DNA of 64,000 nt from NCBI GenBank assembly GCA_041489155.1, contig JBGPQP010000001.1, positions 64,001-128,000 on the forward strand, in the 5' to 3' direction. A program made the position numbers and the translations under genes. Numbering within the stretch: position 1 is the first letter of the stretch; every line of letters begins with the position of its first letter. Below, piece by piece: positions 30,104 through 38,413 of the stretch. The notes under the pieces are model-generated. The model made no database searches. It was not told the DNA's origin and saw only the letters and a list, made by a program, of their open reading frames with translations. The stretch is from Candidatus Aenigmatarchaeota archaeon. Its GTDB lineage: Archaea > Aenigmatarchaeota > Aenigmatarchaeia > QMZP01 > QMZT01.

Positions 30104-31312
30104 ATGGCCCAAGTTTCCCTCAATAATATTTTCCAAGATTATCTGGAAAAGAAGCCCATTTTCAAGAAAAAAGACATGCTAACAAGTCAGTTCACACCGG
30201 ACACCATACCACACAGGGATAAACAGATCAATCATATCGGTCTCATCCTGGCGCCGGTGCTCCGCGGCGAAAAACCATCCAACATATTCATTTACGGAAA
30301 GACAGGCACCGGCAAGTCTCTCTGCGTCCAGCACACGGTTTCAAGGCTGCTGGAAACGGCCAAAAAAAACGAGGGCGAAAACATCAAGGTAATCTACATT
30401 AACTGCAAGATGAGCAAGGTCTCCGATACCGAGTACAGGATGCTTTCGCAGCTTATACTAAATTTTGGCGTCAGTGTCCCTTTCACGGGCCTGCCGACAA
30501 ACCAACTTTACCAACAGTTTTTCAGCCTGCTTGACGCCAAAAAACAGAGCATCATCCTGGTCCTTGACGAGATAGATGCGCTGATTAACAAAATAGGAGA
30601 CGGCGTGCTTTACAACCTCACAAGGGTCAATCAGGACCTGAAGAACGCAAAACTCACGCTTGTCGGCATATCCAACAACATATCCTTCATAAACGATCTT
30701 GACCCGCGGGTCAAATCCTCGCTGTCGGAAGAGGAAATAGTTTTTCCGCCCTACAACGCAAACGAGCTTAAGGACATACTAACCGAAAGGGTAGGTTCCG
30801 CCTTCAATGAGGGAACGATTACTCCATCCGTTATAGCGAAGTGCGCGGCCCTGGCAGCGCAGGAGCACGGCGACGCAAGGAAGGCGCTCGATCTGCTGAG
30901 GGTTGCCGGAGAGACAGCAGAGAGAATGAGCAACAACATGGTGGCCGAAGAGCACGTTGACCAGGCAGAAAGGAGGCTGGACATGGACAAGACGACAGAA
31001 ATAATAAAAAACCAGCCAAAACAATCCCAATGCGTCCTTATTGCGATACTAAAACTCGCGAAGAACGGCAACAGCGGCATACAGACAGGCGACATATACG
31101 ACGTGTACGTAGACGTCTGCAGGAATAACAATCTCAAGCCGCTGACCCAGAGAAGGGTGTCAGACCTAATATCCGAACTCGACATGTTCGGGATAGTGAA
31201 CGCCAAGGTGATATCCAAAGGAAGATACGGAAGGACAAGGGAAATAAAGACGGACCTTTCGAAAGAAACCACGGAAAAGATAGAAAAGATGTTCAGCGGC
31301 GAGTTTATTTGA
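30104..31312 (+). CDS. cdc6: Orc1/Cdc6 replication initiator
   Basis: PHRDKQI, YGKTGTGKS, VLDEID, LDPRVKSSL, HGDARKALDLLR, SKGRYGRTR wing. Confidence 0.97.
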   Translation: MAQVSLNNIFQDYLEKKPIFKKKDMLTSQFTPDTIPHRDKQINHIGLILAPVLRGEKPSNIFIYGKTGTGKSLCVQHTVSRLLETAKKNEGENIKVIYINCKMSKVSDTEYRMLSQLILNFGVSVPFTGLPTNQLYQQFFSLLDAKKQSIILVLDEIDALINKIGDGVLYNLTRVNQDLKNAKLTLVGISNNISFINDLDPRVKSSLSEEEIVFPPYNANELKDILTERVGSAFNEGTITPSVIAKCAALAAQEHGDARKALDLLRVAGETAERMSNNMVAEEHVDQAERRLDMDKTTEIIKNQPKQSQCVLIAILKLAKNGNSGIQTGDIYDVYVDVCRNNNLKPLTQRRVSDLISELDMFGIVNAKVISKGRYGRTREIKTDLSKETTEKIEKMFSGEFI

Positions 31313-31321
31313 ATTAAGGTT

Positions 31322-32209
31322 ATGGCCAAGCTTATGAACAAAAAAGACATAATCGATTTGTTTCTTAAAAACGGCGTCATGCTCGCGCCGGATGAACTGG
31401 AAAACATCAGCGAGCAGAACTACATGCAGGTGCTCGAGAAAAAGCTTGGCGAGACGAATGACGAGATATTGATCGCCAAACAGAGCAGCGGTAAAATTTC
31501 ATGCGGCGATTTCATAAAATTATGCAACAGGAAATTCGAGTTCCTCAGGGAGATCCTGCTTAAAAAAACAGACGCCGTGTCGATAAACAAGGGAAGGAAG
31601 GTTTTTGCCGAGGCGACAATCATAGGAAGGGTGAAGGAAAGGAACGCAAACGGATTCGTGCTCGAAGATGTAACGGGAGAGACAGAAGTAGTGAGTGAAA
31701 ACAACGACATAAAAACAGGCGATATTGTCGGTTTGCGCGGCTTTTTCAAGGAGAATCGTTTTTTCCCGAACCAAATCATATGGCCCGACATCCCGCTCGA
31801 GAATAATCCAAGGCCACCCGGCATAAAAATCACGCTCACAACTAGGGCAAAAGACAGCATGGCCGGCCTGATAGTATGCTCTTCCGGCGGCAAGGCTAGC
31901 AACATGATATCCGGGTTCGGAAGGCTCGGATCCATAAAAATAAAAAAGCATGGCAGCGAAATTCATCTGCTCGCCTTTTCGCCTGAAAAGGAGATGAGCG
32001 AGGATGATACTGTCAAAACGCTCAAGAAAAGGCAGATATCAGATGACGGCATCGCTGACAACCTGATAGCCGAGATACCAGGAATTTTCTGGCTTTTCAA
32101 CAACGGCAAAAACTGGACCAAAAATTACAGGGGCGTTGTCGTAATATCAAGCGATTCAGGAAGTTTTGCGGAATATGACAACGGGGAAGTCCACTTCGCG
32201 GGCTTGTAG
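31322..32209 (+). CDS. Truncated, inactivated homolog of PolD small subunit DP1
   Basis: DFIKLCNRKFEFLREIL helix, OB fold (IIGRV, LEDVTGE, DIVGLRG, IIWPDIP), C-terminal LKKR..D.LIAEIPGIF..YRGVVVIS; phosphoesterase metal ligands absent. Confidence 0.72.
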   Translation: MAKLMNKKDIIDLFLKNGVMLAPDELENISEQNYMQVLEKKLGETNDEILIAKQSSGKISCGDFIKLCNRKFEFLREILLKKTDAVSINKGRKVFAEATIIGRVKERNANGFVLEDVTGETEVVSENNDIKTGDIVGLRGFFKENRFFPNQIIWPDIPLENNPRPPGIKITLTTRAKDSMAGLIVCSSGGKASNMISGFGRLGSIKIKKHGSEIHLLAFSPEKEMSEDDTVKTLKKRQISDDGIADNLIAEIPGIFWLFNNGKNWTKNYRGVVVISSDSGSFAEYDNGEVHFAGL

Positions 32210-32245
32210 AGTTGAAGCTTTAATATAAATCCACCAAGAATTAAT

Positions 32246-32920
32246 ATGCTCAAAATACTCGTCATCGCGGACATACATGGGGAGTTCGAGAAGTTCTCAA
32301 AAATCATAGACAAGCTCAGCGGCAGGGATTTTGACCTGGTGATCTGTCCCGGTGACTTTACCGACATATTCAATATACCTGAAGGCTATTCCCAGATGGA
32401 CATAGCCGAACTGATAGTCCAGAAACTGCTCTCGCTGGGCAAGCCTCTCTTCTGCATACCTGGCAACCACGAACCTTATGAAATAATAGACGTGTTCGAT
32501 GAATACAACGTGAACCTGCATGAAAGAACGAGGAAGTTCAACGATTTCGAGTTCGTGGGCTTCGGCGGGGCAGCAACACCATTCAACACCAAGTTCGAGC
32601 CCACGGATGAGGAAATAAAACAGGCGCTTGAGAGAAAGACCAAGGAAATAAAAGGCAAATTTATACTGGTCACGCACAACCCGCCGCTTGGTACCAACTT
32701 GGACAAGGTTGAAACAGGAGAACATGTCGGCTCGAAAGCGATTCGCGAATTCATAGAGCAGCGAAAGCCCCTGCTTGCGATATCCGCCCACATACACGAG
32801 GCAGGAGGCACGGACAAGCTTGGAAGCACGACCATATTCTATCCGGGCGTTGCCTACGAAGGGTATTACGGCCTTGTTGAGATAGGTGATGAAATAAAAT
32901 GCGAGATAAAAAAGATATGA
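32246..32920 (+). CDS. Calcineurin-like metallophosphoesterase (Icc-related)
   Basis: ADIHG, GDFT, PGNHE, THNPP, HVGS, AHIHE. Confidence 0.92.
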   Translation: MLKILVIADIHGEFEKFSKIIDKLSGRDFDLVICPGDFTDIFNIPEGYSQMDIAELIVQKLLSLGKPLFCIPGNHEPYEIIDVFDEYNVNLHERTRKFNDFEFVGFGGAATPFNTKFEPTDEEIKQALERKTKEIKGKFILVTHNPPLGTNLDKVETGEHVGSKAIREFIEQRKPLLAISAHIHEAGGTDKLGSTTIFYPGVAYEGYYGLVEIGDEIKCEIKKI

Positions 32921-32931
32921 TTCCCTTTCTA

Positions 32932-33651
32932 TCAGACAATGTCTTTCAGCCTGTTCATTATCTCTTCTATTGACTCGATCCTGCACAAAGCCACGGGTAT
33001 GCTCTCGACTTCAGCGATGTTCATGGCAACTTCATTCACCTTGTCTATGCCGTGAAGCACGACCAGACCGGGCTGCAGACCGGTGAGCTTGATGGCAACC
33101 ATTGGCGTTTTTCCGGTAGTCACGCCCGTGAAGAGAAGGGCGCGTTGTGTCGTAGTTCCATAAAGCTGGATCAGCTGGTTGTGTGAAAGCTCCAGTATTG
33201 CCTTCACAGAGTCTACAATGGTGTAACCGTATATTTCCCTGTCAATGGGGGCACGTTTTGTTATTATGCCTGCGTTTATTTTCCTGCAGAAATCCTCTAC
33301 AGGGACGCCGCTAGAAAATTCGCGTATGTCTATTATCGCCTTGGAAAGGTTCGAAGTGCTGGCGACCTGGGCGAAGGTCTTGAGAACATTTCCGCCCCTT
33401 TTGATGTCAAGACCTATCAGCGAATTGACGTACCTCTTTATGACGTTTATGCCTGGCGATTTCCTTCTGCCTGATTCATAGTCGGATATGACAGATGACG
33501 TAATGCCAATGTACTCGGCGAGCCTCTTCTGCGAAAAACCGAAGATTACCCTCCATTTCTTCAGGACCTGCTCGGGTTTTTCGGACAGTATGATTTCTCC
33601 TGTTATATCCTTTGCTAGCCTGTCTCTTGAAAGGTTAAATTCGTCAACCAT
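32932..33651 (-). CDS. Archaeal XRE-HTH transcriptional regulator (COG1709-like)
   Basis: ITGEIILS, LKKWR, SVISDYESGRRKSPG, IYGYTIVDS, RALLFTGVTTGKTPMVAIK. Confidence 0.85.
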   Translation of the reverse strand: MVDEFNLSRDRLAKDITGEIILSEKPEQVLKKWRVIFGFSQKRLAEYIGITSSVISDYESGRRKSPGINVIKRYVNSLIGLDIKRGGNVLKTFAQVASTSNLSKAIIDIREFSSGVPVEDFCRKINAGIITKRAPIDREIYGYTIVDSVKAILELSHNQLIQLYGTTTQRALLFTGVTTGKTPMVAIKLTGLQPGLVVLHGIDKVNEVAMNIAEVESIPVALCRIESIEEIMNRLKDIV

Positions 33652-33801
33652 AGAATAAATTTACGTCAATTATTTAAATATATATATGTTTTGTACGTCT
33701 GATGTGCGTATGTTGTTTAATCGTGTTTGCGGTCTTGGCTTGTTTAAACAAATGTTTATGTTTAAACTCAACTTCTTAAGCCGCTGTTTGAATTTCTAAA
33801 A

Positions 33802-35028
33802 ATGTTCCTGGAGATTTTGCTTTTTGTTCTCCTCGGAATCGTGCTTGGTTTCTTCACAGGGCTCGCGCCAGGCATACATCCCAACACAATATTTGCCTTT
33901 ACGCTTTCCCTTTCGTTTCTGTTTATCGGTTTTCCGATTCAGGCAATACTGGCCTTCGTTGTTTCACTGGCGGTTTCGAATACATTTTTTGATTTCATCC
34001 CATCAATATTTTTCGGAGCACCAGAGGAAGATTCGGCGATTTCGGTTCTTCCTGGCCACAGGATGCTGCTGAAAGGGAGAGGATACGAAGCAATTTTCCT
34101 CACTGCGATGGGAGGGCTGGGGGTCATGTTTCTCACGGTTATGAGCCTGCCATTCCTTTTCGTCCTTCTGCCGTCGATCTACTTTGTTATAAAACCCGTG
34201 ATCCACATCATCCTCATAACAGCTGTTTTATGGATGGTCTGGATGGAAAGAGGAACGAAAAAACGATTGGCAGCGGCTTCAATATTTCTCGCATCCGGCA
34301 TTTTCGGTTTCATTACACTCAATTCTTTGCCTTCGGACGGAGCGCTGTTCCCCGCCCTCACAGGCCTTTTCGGCCTGAGCACGATCCTTACAAGCATCAT
34401 GGAGAAGACAAGGATACCGCCGCAGAAGATACGGAGCGAAGTTCACGGAAACTGGCTAAAGGGGAGTCTGGCAGGCTGGATTGCCGGCATGATTTCCGGG
34501 CTGCTTCCTGGTCTGGGTTCTTCTCAGGCAGGCATAATTGCAGCCCAAGCGCTAAAAGCCAAGATGAAGGAGTTCCTCATCGCCCTTGGCGGCATAAACA
34601 CGTCCAACATGTTTTTCACGTTCATTGTCTTCTATCTGCTCGGTAAAACGAGATCCGGCGCTGTATGGATGATTTCACAGATTATGGACCAGTTCACAGT
34701 GCAGGACATGGGCATCATTGTCGTGGTCGGAGTGATTACCGCGCTTGTTTCCGCAGTAGCCACCATAAAAGCAGCCAGACTGCTTCTGGGTTTCATGAGA
34801 AAACTAAACTACACCAAGACTATGATAATCACGGCCTGCGTGCTTTCTGTAATGATCGTGGCTTTATCAGGGCCGCTGGGAGTTATGATTTCGGTAACAG
34901 GAACCTTTCTGGGTCTGTTGGCGGTGTCAACAGGCATCAAAAGAACGAATCTCATGGGGTTTTTAATATTGCCAACCATCCTTTACTTCTCCGGCTTCAA
35001 CCCGTTCTTTTCAGGAATATTGTGGTAA
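33802..35028 (+). CDS. TctA-like (DUF112) membrane protein
   Basis: TGLAPGIHPN, DFIPSIFFGAP, SVLPGHRMLLKGRG; many TM helices. Confidence 0.85.
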   Translation: MFLEILLFVLLGIVLGFFTGLAPGIHPNTIFAFTLSLSFLFIGFPIQAILAFVVSLAVSNTFFDFIPSIFFGAPEEDSAISVLPGHRMLLKGRGYEAIFLTAMGGLGVMFLTVMSLPFLFVLLPSIYFVIKPVIHIILITAVLWMVWMERGTKKRLAAASIFLASGIFGFITLNSLPSDGALFPALTGLFGLSTILTSIMEKTRIPPQKIRSEVHGNWLKGSLAGWIAGMISGLLPGLGSSQAGIIAAQALKAKMKEFLIALGGINTSNMFFTFIVFYLLGKTRSGAVWMISQIMDQFTVQDMGIIVVVGVITALVSAVATIKAARLLLGFMRKLNYTKTMIITACVLSVMIVALSGPLGVMISVTGTFLGLLAVSTGIKRTNLMGFLILPTILYFSGFNPFFSGILW

Positions 35029-35225
35029 CCCCTTCATTTCCTGTGAAACATGAGCAAAACAAGCTTATATAGGACATGTTTTAAAATATAATTTCCATAA
35101 GAAATGAAGGTTGTTTCACCTTCACCGTGAAATTACCAGCGTTGAAAATGAAGGTATCCTTCGTGAACTTCATGCAAAACTCCACAGGAAACAGAGGGGG
35201 TTCATACTTCATGGTGAAGTTCATT
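35028..35225. promoter_or_regulatory. Second ORB cluster (origin-like element)
   Basis: Minus-strand GTTTCACAGGAAATGAAGGGGT (35028-35049), AT-rich gap, plus-strand TTTCCATAAGAAATGAAGG (35092) and ACTCCACAGGAAACAGAGGGGG (35179-35200). Confidence 0.8.
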
Positions 35226-35255
35226 TGCTCGGCATGCTCAAGCCGAACCTTATAA

Positions 35256-37895
35256 TCAGATTACAATGCTGCTGGCAGGTCCTTGCGGCGAAGAGAACAG
35301 CAGTAAACCACCGCATTCGCAGGCTCCGCTTAGCGGAGGCATCGCATATGTTTTGCAGCATTTTTTGCAGATGAAGCCGTTAAAGTCTTTCATGGAAACT
35401 TCCTTCGCTTCAATCGCTTTTCCGCCATTTCCGTTCAATATGCCGAACAAATCGATCTGCTTGCCTTTGCCAAGAAGCTCGGTCTTTGAAATGCCTAGCG
35501 CATCGAATATTCGTTCGAGCGGAGGAAGCAGCTGGTTTTCTATGTAGTACTTCGAGTCTATTTCCAGCCCCCGTTCCATGACGTAAACCGGGTCTTCCGC
35601 CCTTTTTGACAGGAGATCGAGGCCTTTTATTATCACATAACCAATCCTGTCCCCGACGCCTGGCGCTTCAGCCGGCGTGCGTTTCTTTATCTTTTTCACG
35701 AGTTCTGCATGCGGCTGCATGCCGTCATAGCGTTCCGCTCCTTTGGTCATGGTCTTGGTTATTATCAGCTTCTGTATGGGTATCCCGCCAGTGACCATTT
35801 CATCAGTAACGTTTTTGAAATATTTCACAGCCTGCTTGATGTCATTTGCCTTGAGTATGGTTTCCAAAATCTTCTCTATTGTTTCTGATGTAAGATCGCA
35901 CCAGTCTCTCCGGACGGTTTCAATACCCTTCGTTTCTATGCTTTCAACCCAGCTCCCGTTGACGTAATCGAAACGCCATGCAGCATAGCGTTTTTTTGTG
36001 AGAGGCAGGAAGCGCTTGAAAATTTTCTCGAAATCAAGTTCCATCACGCCCTTCAGGCCTGACGTAACGTTTTTGGCCACTTCGTCTCCGGCTTTCTTCA
36101 TCTCATCGAGATCCTCGAAAGGCACCTTGACCATCACGGAATCCGTGTCACCGTAAACGACCCTGTAGCCGAACTTCTCCTCTATGTATTCTTTCGTCTT
36201 CTTTATGGTTTCCCTTCCGAATCCGGTTATCGAGTTGGCTATTTCAAGAGAGTAGATTTTCGCTCTGGGGTAGCCGAAATAGCCATAGAAGGCGTTGGCC
36301 ATTATCTTGAGGGCGAACTGCTTCGCTTTCAGTTCACGTATGCGTTCAGGCTTCGGCTCCTTCTTCATTTCCCTTTTCACGTTTTGCCTCTCCTTCATAA
36401 GATGCTCCAGTATCCGTGGTATTATCCCCTTCCTGACGTTTTCTGGCACGAATCTCGCCCCGGACGGCGACTGCACGGCGCCCTCGATTTCTCCGTCCAG
36501 AAGCAAAGTCGTCGGGCACATGTTATACGTCCGGATGAGCGAAGGGTACATGGACTTGAAATCAAGCACAAGGACGCTTGAGTGCAGGCCCTTGTCAGGT
36601 TCTATAACGAAACCGCCTTTCAATTCGACCTTTCTGGCGTTTTCCCGCTTGGCGACTTCCATGTTGTCCGACTTGCATGGAATTATGAAGTTCTCTTTAT
36701 TGAACTCCCTCAGTATAAGGTTTTCGATCCTCGTGGTCTCGCCGGAATCAAGTATGTCCTGCAGTAGGATTCCTGAAATCTTGGAAAGAGCAATGTACTT
36801 GTCCAGCAGGTTGAGTTTCAGCAAAAGGTTCATCGCGATAACGGAGTCCTTTTTCGCGTAATTCACCAGAAGCCTGAATTTTTCCTGGTTGCCCTTCCAG
36901 AGCTTTTCTATCTCCGATTTCTTCACAGGTTCCTTTTCCTCGCCGAGCAGCTCAAGACCCACGGTGTTCAGGTCATATCTCTTGAGGGAGAAGTCACGTT
37001 TGACAATTTCAAAGGAATCAACTATTACCCTCCCGGATATGTTTATCTTGAATCTGCTCATCATCTGGTGTTTCGTAACGGGTTTTGTGCACCTACCGAA
37101 ACTCGCGAATACCCCTCTTTCCTTCATTCTGTCGAGTATGTAGGGTATGTCGAAGTTATTGACGTTGAAGCCGGTGATGATGTCAGGGTCATAGTCCATT
37201 ATTACGTCTATCAGTCCCCTGAGCATTTCACTTTCGTCCTCAAAAAAGGTAACGTCCTTGTCGGACCTCGTGCTCAGCACCATTTCCTTCCTCCCCTTGT
37301 GCGCATCGCTGAAAACGAGCGAAATCATTATTATCGGGTCCTTCCTGCCGTCAGGCATTTCCCCCTCTTTAAGCGAAACGCACTCTATGTCAAGTGCCAG
37401 ATATTTCAGCGGCGCGATGCCATCCTTGTCGGCATGCCTGAATTCCTTTATTTTTATCCTTTTTTCCGTTTTCACGGTGTTCGTCGGGACGCCGTTCGTG
37501 TCTTCAACTTCCAGCCAGTCCATGCCCTTTAGGCCGAAGTCCGCCATGAACCTGTATTTGAAAGGAATGTCAGCCTCGAAGACACGGAAGCCTCTTGACA
37601 TGAGCTTTTCCCTCAGCTCAGGCGTCTTTGCAGGATTTTTTATTACGACTTTCCAGACATCCTTCATCTCCGTCTGGTAGCCGAGCGGAAGGAATTTTTT
37701 CACCTTCTCCAGACGCACGAAATTCGCTTCGTTCTTTACATGATCCTCGATATTGTTTCCGAGCACGTAGAAATAGGGCTCGAAATTCTCGTAGAAACCG
37801 CATACGGTTTCGCCATTTTCAGTCTTGCCGAAAAGCCTTATTATCGGCTTTTCGTCGACCAGCGTGTAGTCCACGTCGAGTATCTGGAAAAGCAT
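35256..37895 (-). CDS. polB: Family B DNA polymerase with C-terminal DP2-like Zn finger
   Basis: ExoI LDIEC, ExoII NVNNFD, ExoIII YAKKD; DFKSMYPS, KIMANAFYG, YGDTDS, KKRYA; PIP-like QIDLF; FICKKC-x-PPLSGACECGG tail. Confidence 0.95.
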   Translation of the reverse strand: MLFQILDVDYTLVDEKPIIRLFGKTENGETVCGFYENFEPYFYVLGNNIEDHVKNEANFVRLEKVKKFLPLGYQTEMKDVWKVVIKNPAKTPELREKLMSRGFRVFEADIPFKYRFMADFGLKGMDWLEVEDTNGVPTNTVKTEKRIKIKEFRHADKDGIAPLKYLALDIECVSLKEGEMPDGRKDPIIMISLVFSDAHKGRKEMVLSTRSDKDVTFFEDESEMLRGLIDVIMDYDPDIITGFNVNNFDIPYILDRMKERGVFASFGRCTKPVTKHQMMSRFKINISGRVIVDSFEIVKRDFSLKRYDLNTVGLELLGEEKEPVKKSEIEKLWKGNQEKFRLLVNYAKKDSVIAMNLLLKLNLLDKYIALSKISGILLQDILDSGETTRIENLILREFNKENFIIPCKSDNMEVAKRENARKVELKGGFVIEPDKGLHSSVLVLDFKSMYPSLIRTYNMCPTTLLLDGEIEGAVQSPSGARFVPENVRKGIIPRILEHLMKERQNVKREMKKEPKPERIRELKAKQFALKIMANAFYGYFGYPRAKIYSLEIANSITGFGRETIKKTKEYIEEKFGYRVVYGDTDSVMVKVPFEDLDEMKKAGDEVAKNVTSGLKGVMELDFEKIFKRFLPLTKKRYAAWRFDYVNGSWVESIETKGIETVRRDWCDLTSETIEKILETILKANDIKQAVKYFKNVTDEMVTGGIPIQKLIITKTMTKGAERYDGMQPHAELVKKIKKRTPAEAPGVGDRIGYVIIKGLDLLSKRAEDPVYVMERGLEIDSKYYIENQLLPPLERIFDALGISKTELLGKGKQIDLFGILNGNGGKAIEAKEVSMKDFNGFICKKCCKTYAMPPLSGACECGGLLLFSSPQGPASSIVI

Positions 37896-38034
37896 ATTGA
37901 GATTTGCCTGCGCAATATTAAAACCATTTCGTTATCCAAAAGTATACTTTGAAAAATGGATTTCACAGGACCGAAATTTTTAATAAAACGCTGGGTTTTT
38001 AAACCAATTGCCACAATAATCTTTATTGGTCGCT

Positions 38035-38364
38035 ATGAAAATGGATCCGAAACACATGGAGAAAATGATGAAGCAGATGGGCATGAATGTCACAAACATC
38101 GACGCAGAAGAGGTCGTGATTCGCACGCCCGATAAGGACATCATTATAACGAATCCCCAGGTCTCGAAAATTAAGGCAATGGGGCAGGAGACCTTCCAGA
38201 TTTCAGGCGACGTCAGCGAGAGGGAAAGAAGCGACGAGGACGTCAGCGAAGACGACGTCGAGATGGTCGCAGAACAGGCAGGCGTTTCCAAAGAGGAAGC
38301 AAGGGAAATGCTGCGCGAGACAGGCGACATCGCCGAGGCTATAATGCGGCTCAAAAAGGAATAG
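38035..38364 (+). CDS. nac: Nascent polypeptide-associated complex protein
   Basis: MMKQMGM, DAEEVVI, GQETFQISG, UBA tail GDIAEAIM. Confidence 0.93.
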   Translation: MKMDPKHMEKMMKQMGMNVTNIDAEEVVIRTPDKDIIITNPQVSKIKAMGQETFQISGDVSERERSDEDVSEDDVEMVAEQAGVSKEEAREMLRETGDIAEAIMRLKKE

Positions 38365-38413
38365 GGCCAGTGGCTATTTCTGCAATTTAAAGAACTGGTG
38401 ACAAATTTATTTA

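Noticed and set aside
32246..32920. Metallophosphoesterase as the split-off catalytic half of DP1
   Set aside because: The upstream gene already contains remnants of the DP1 C-terminus, and this protein's motifs (THNPP, HVGS, HIHE) are of the stand-alone Icc type. A functional link is possible but unsupported.
29933..35225. CRISPR array
   Set aside because: Repeats are short, inverted and irregularly spaced, match the ORB consensus, and no cas genes are present.
35111..35374. 87-aa plus-strand ORF
   Set aside because: TTG start, overlaps the polB 3' end and the ORB array; no protein-like features.
37960..37972. Mini-ORB TTTCACAGGA upstream of polB
   Set aside because: Single partial match lacking the second half and G-string; could be chance.
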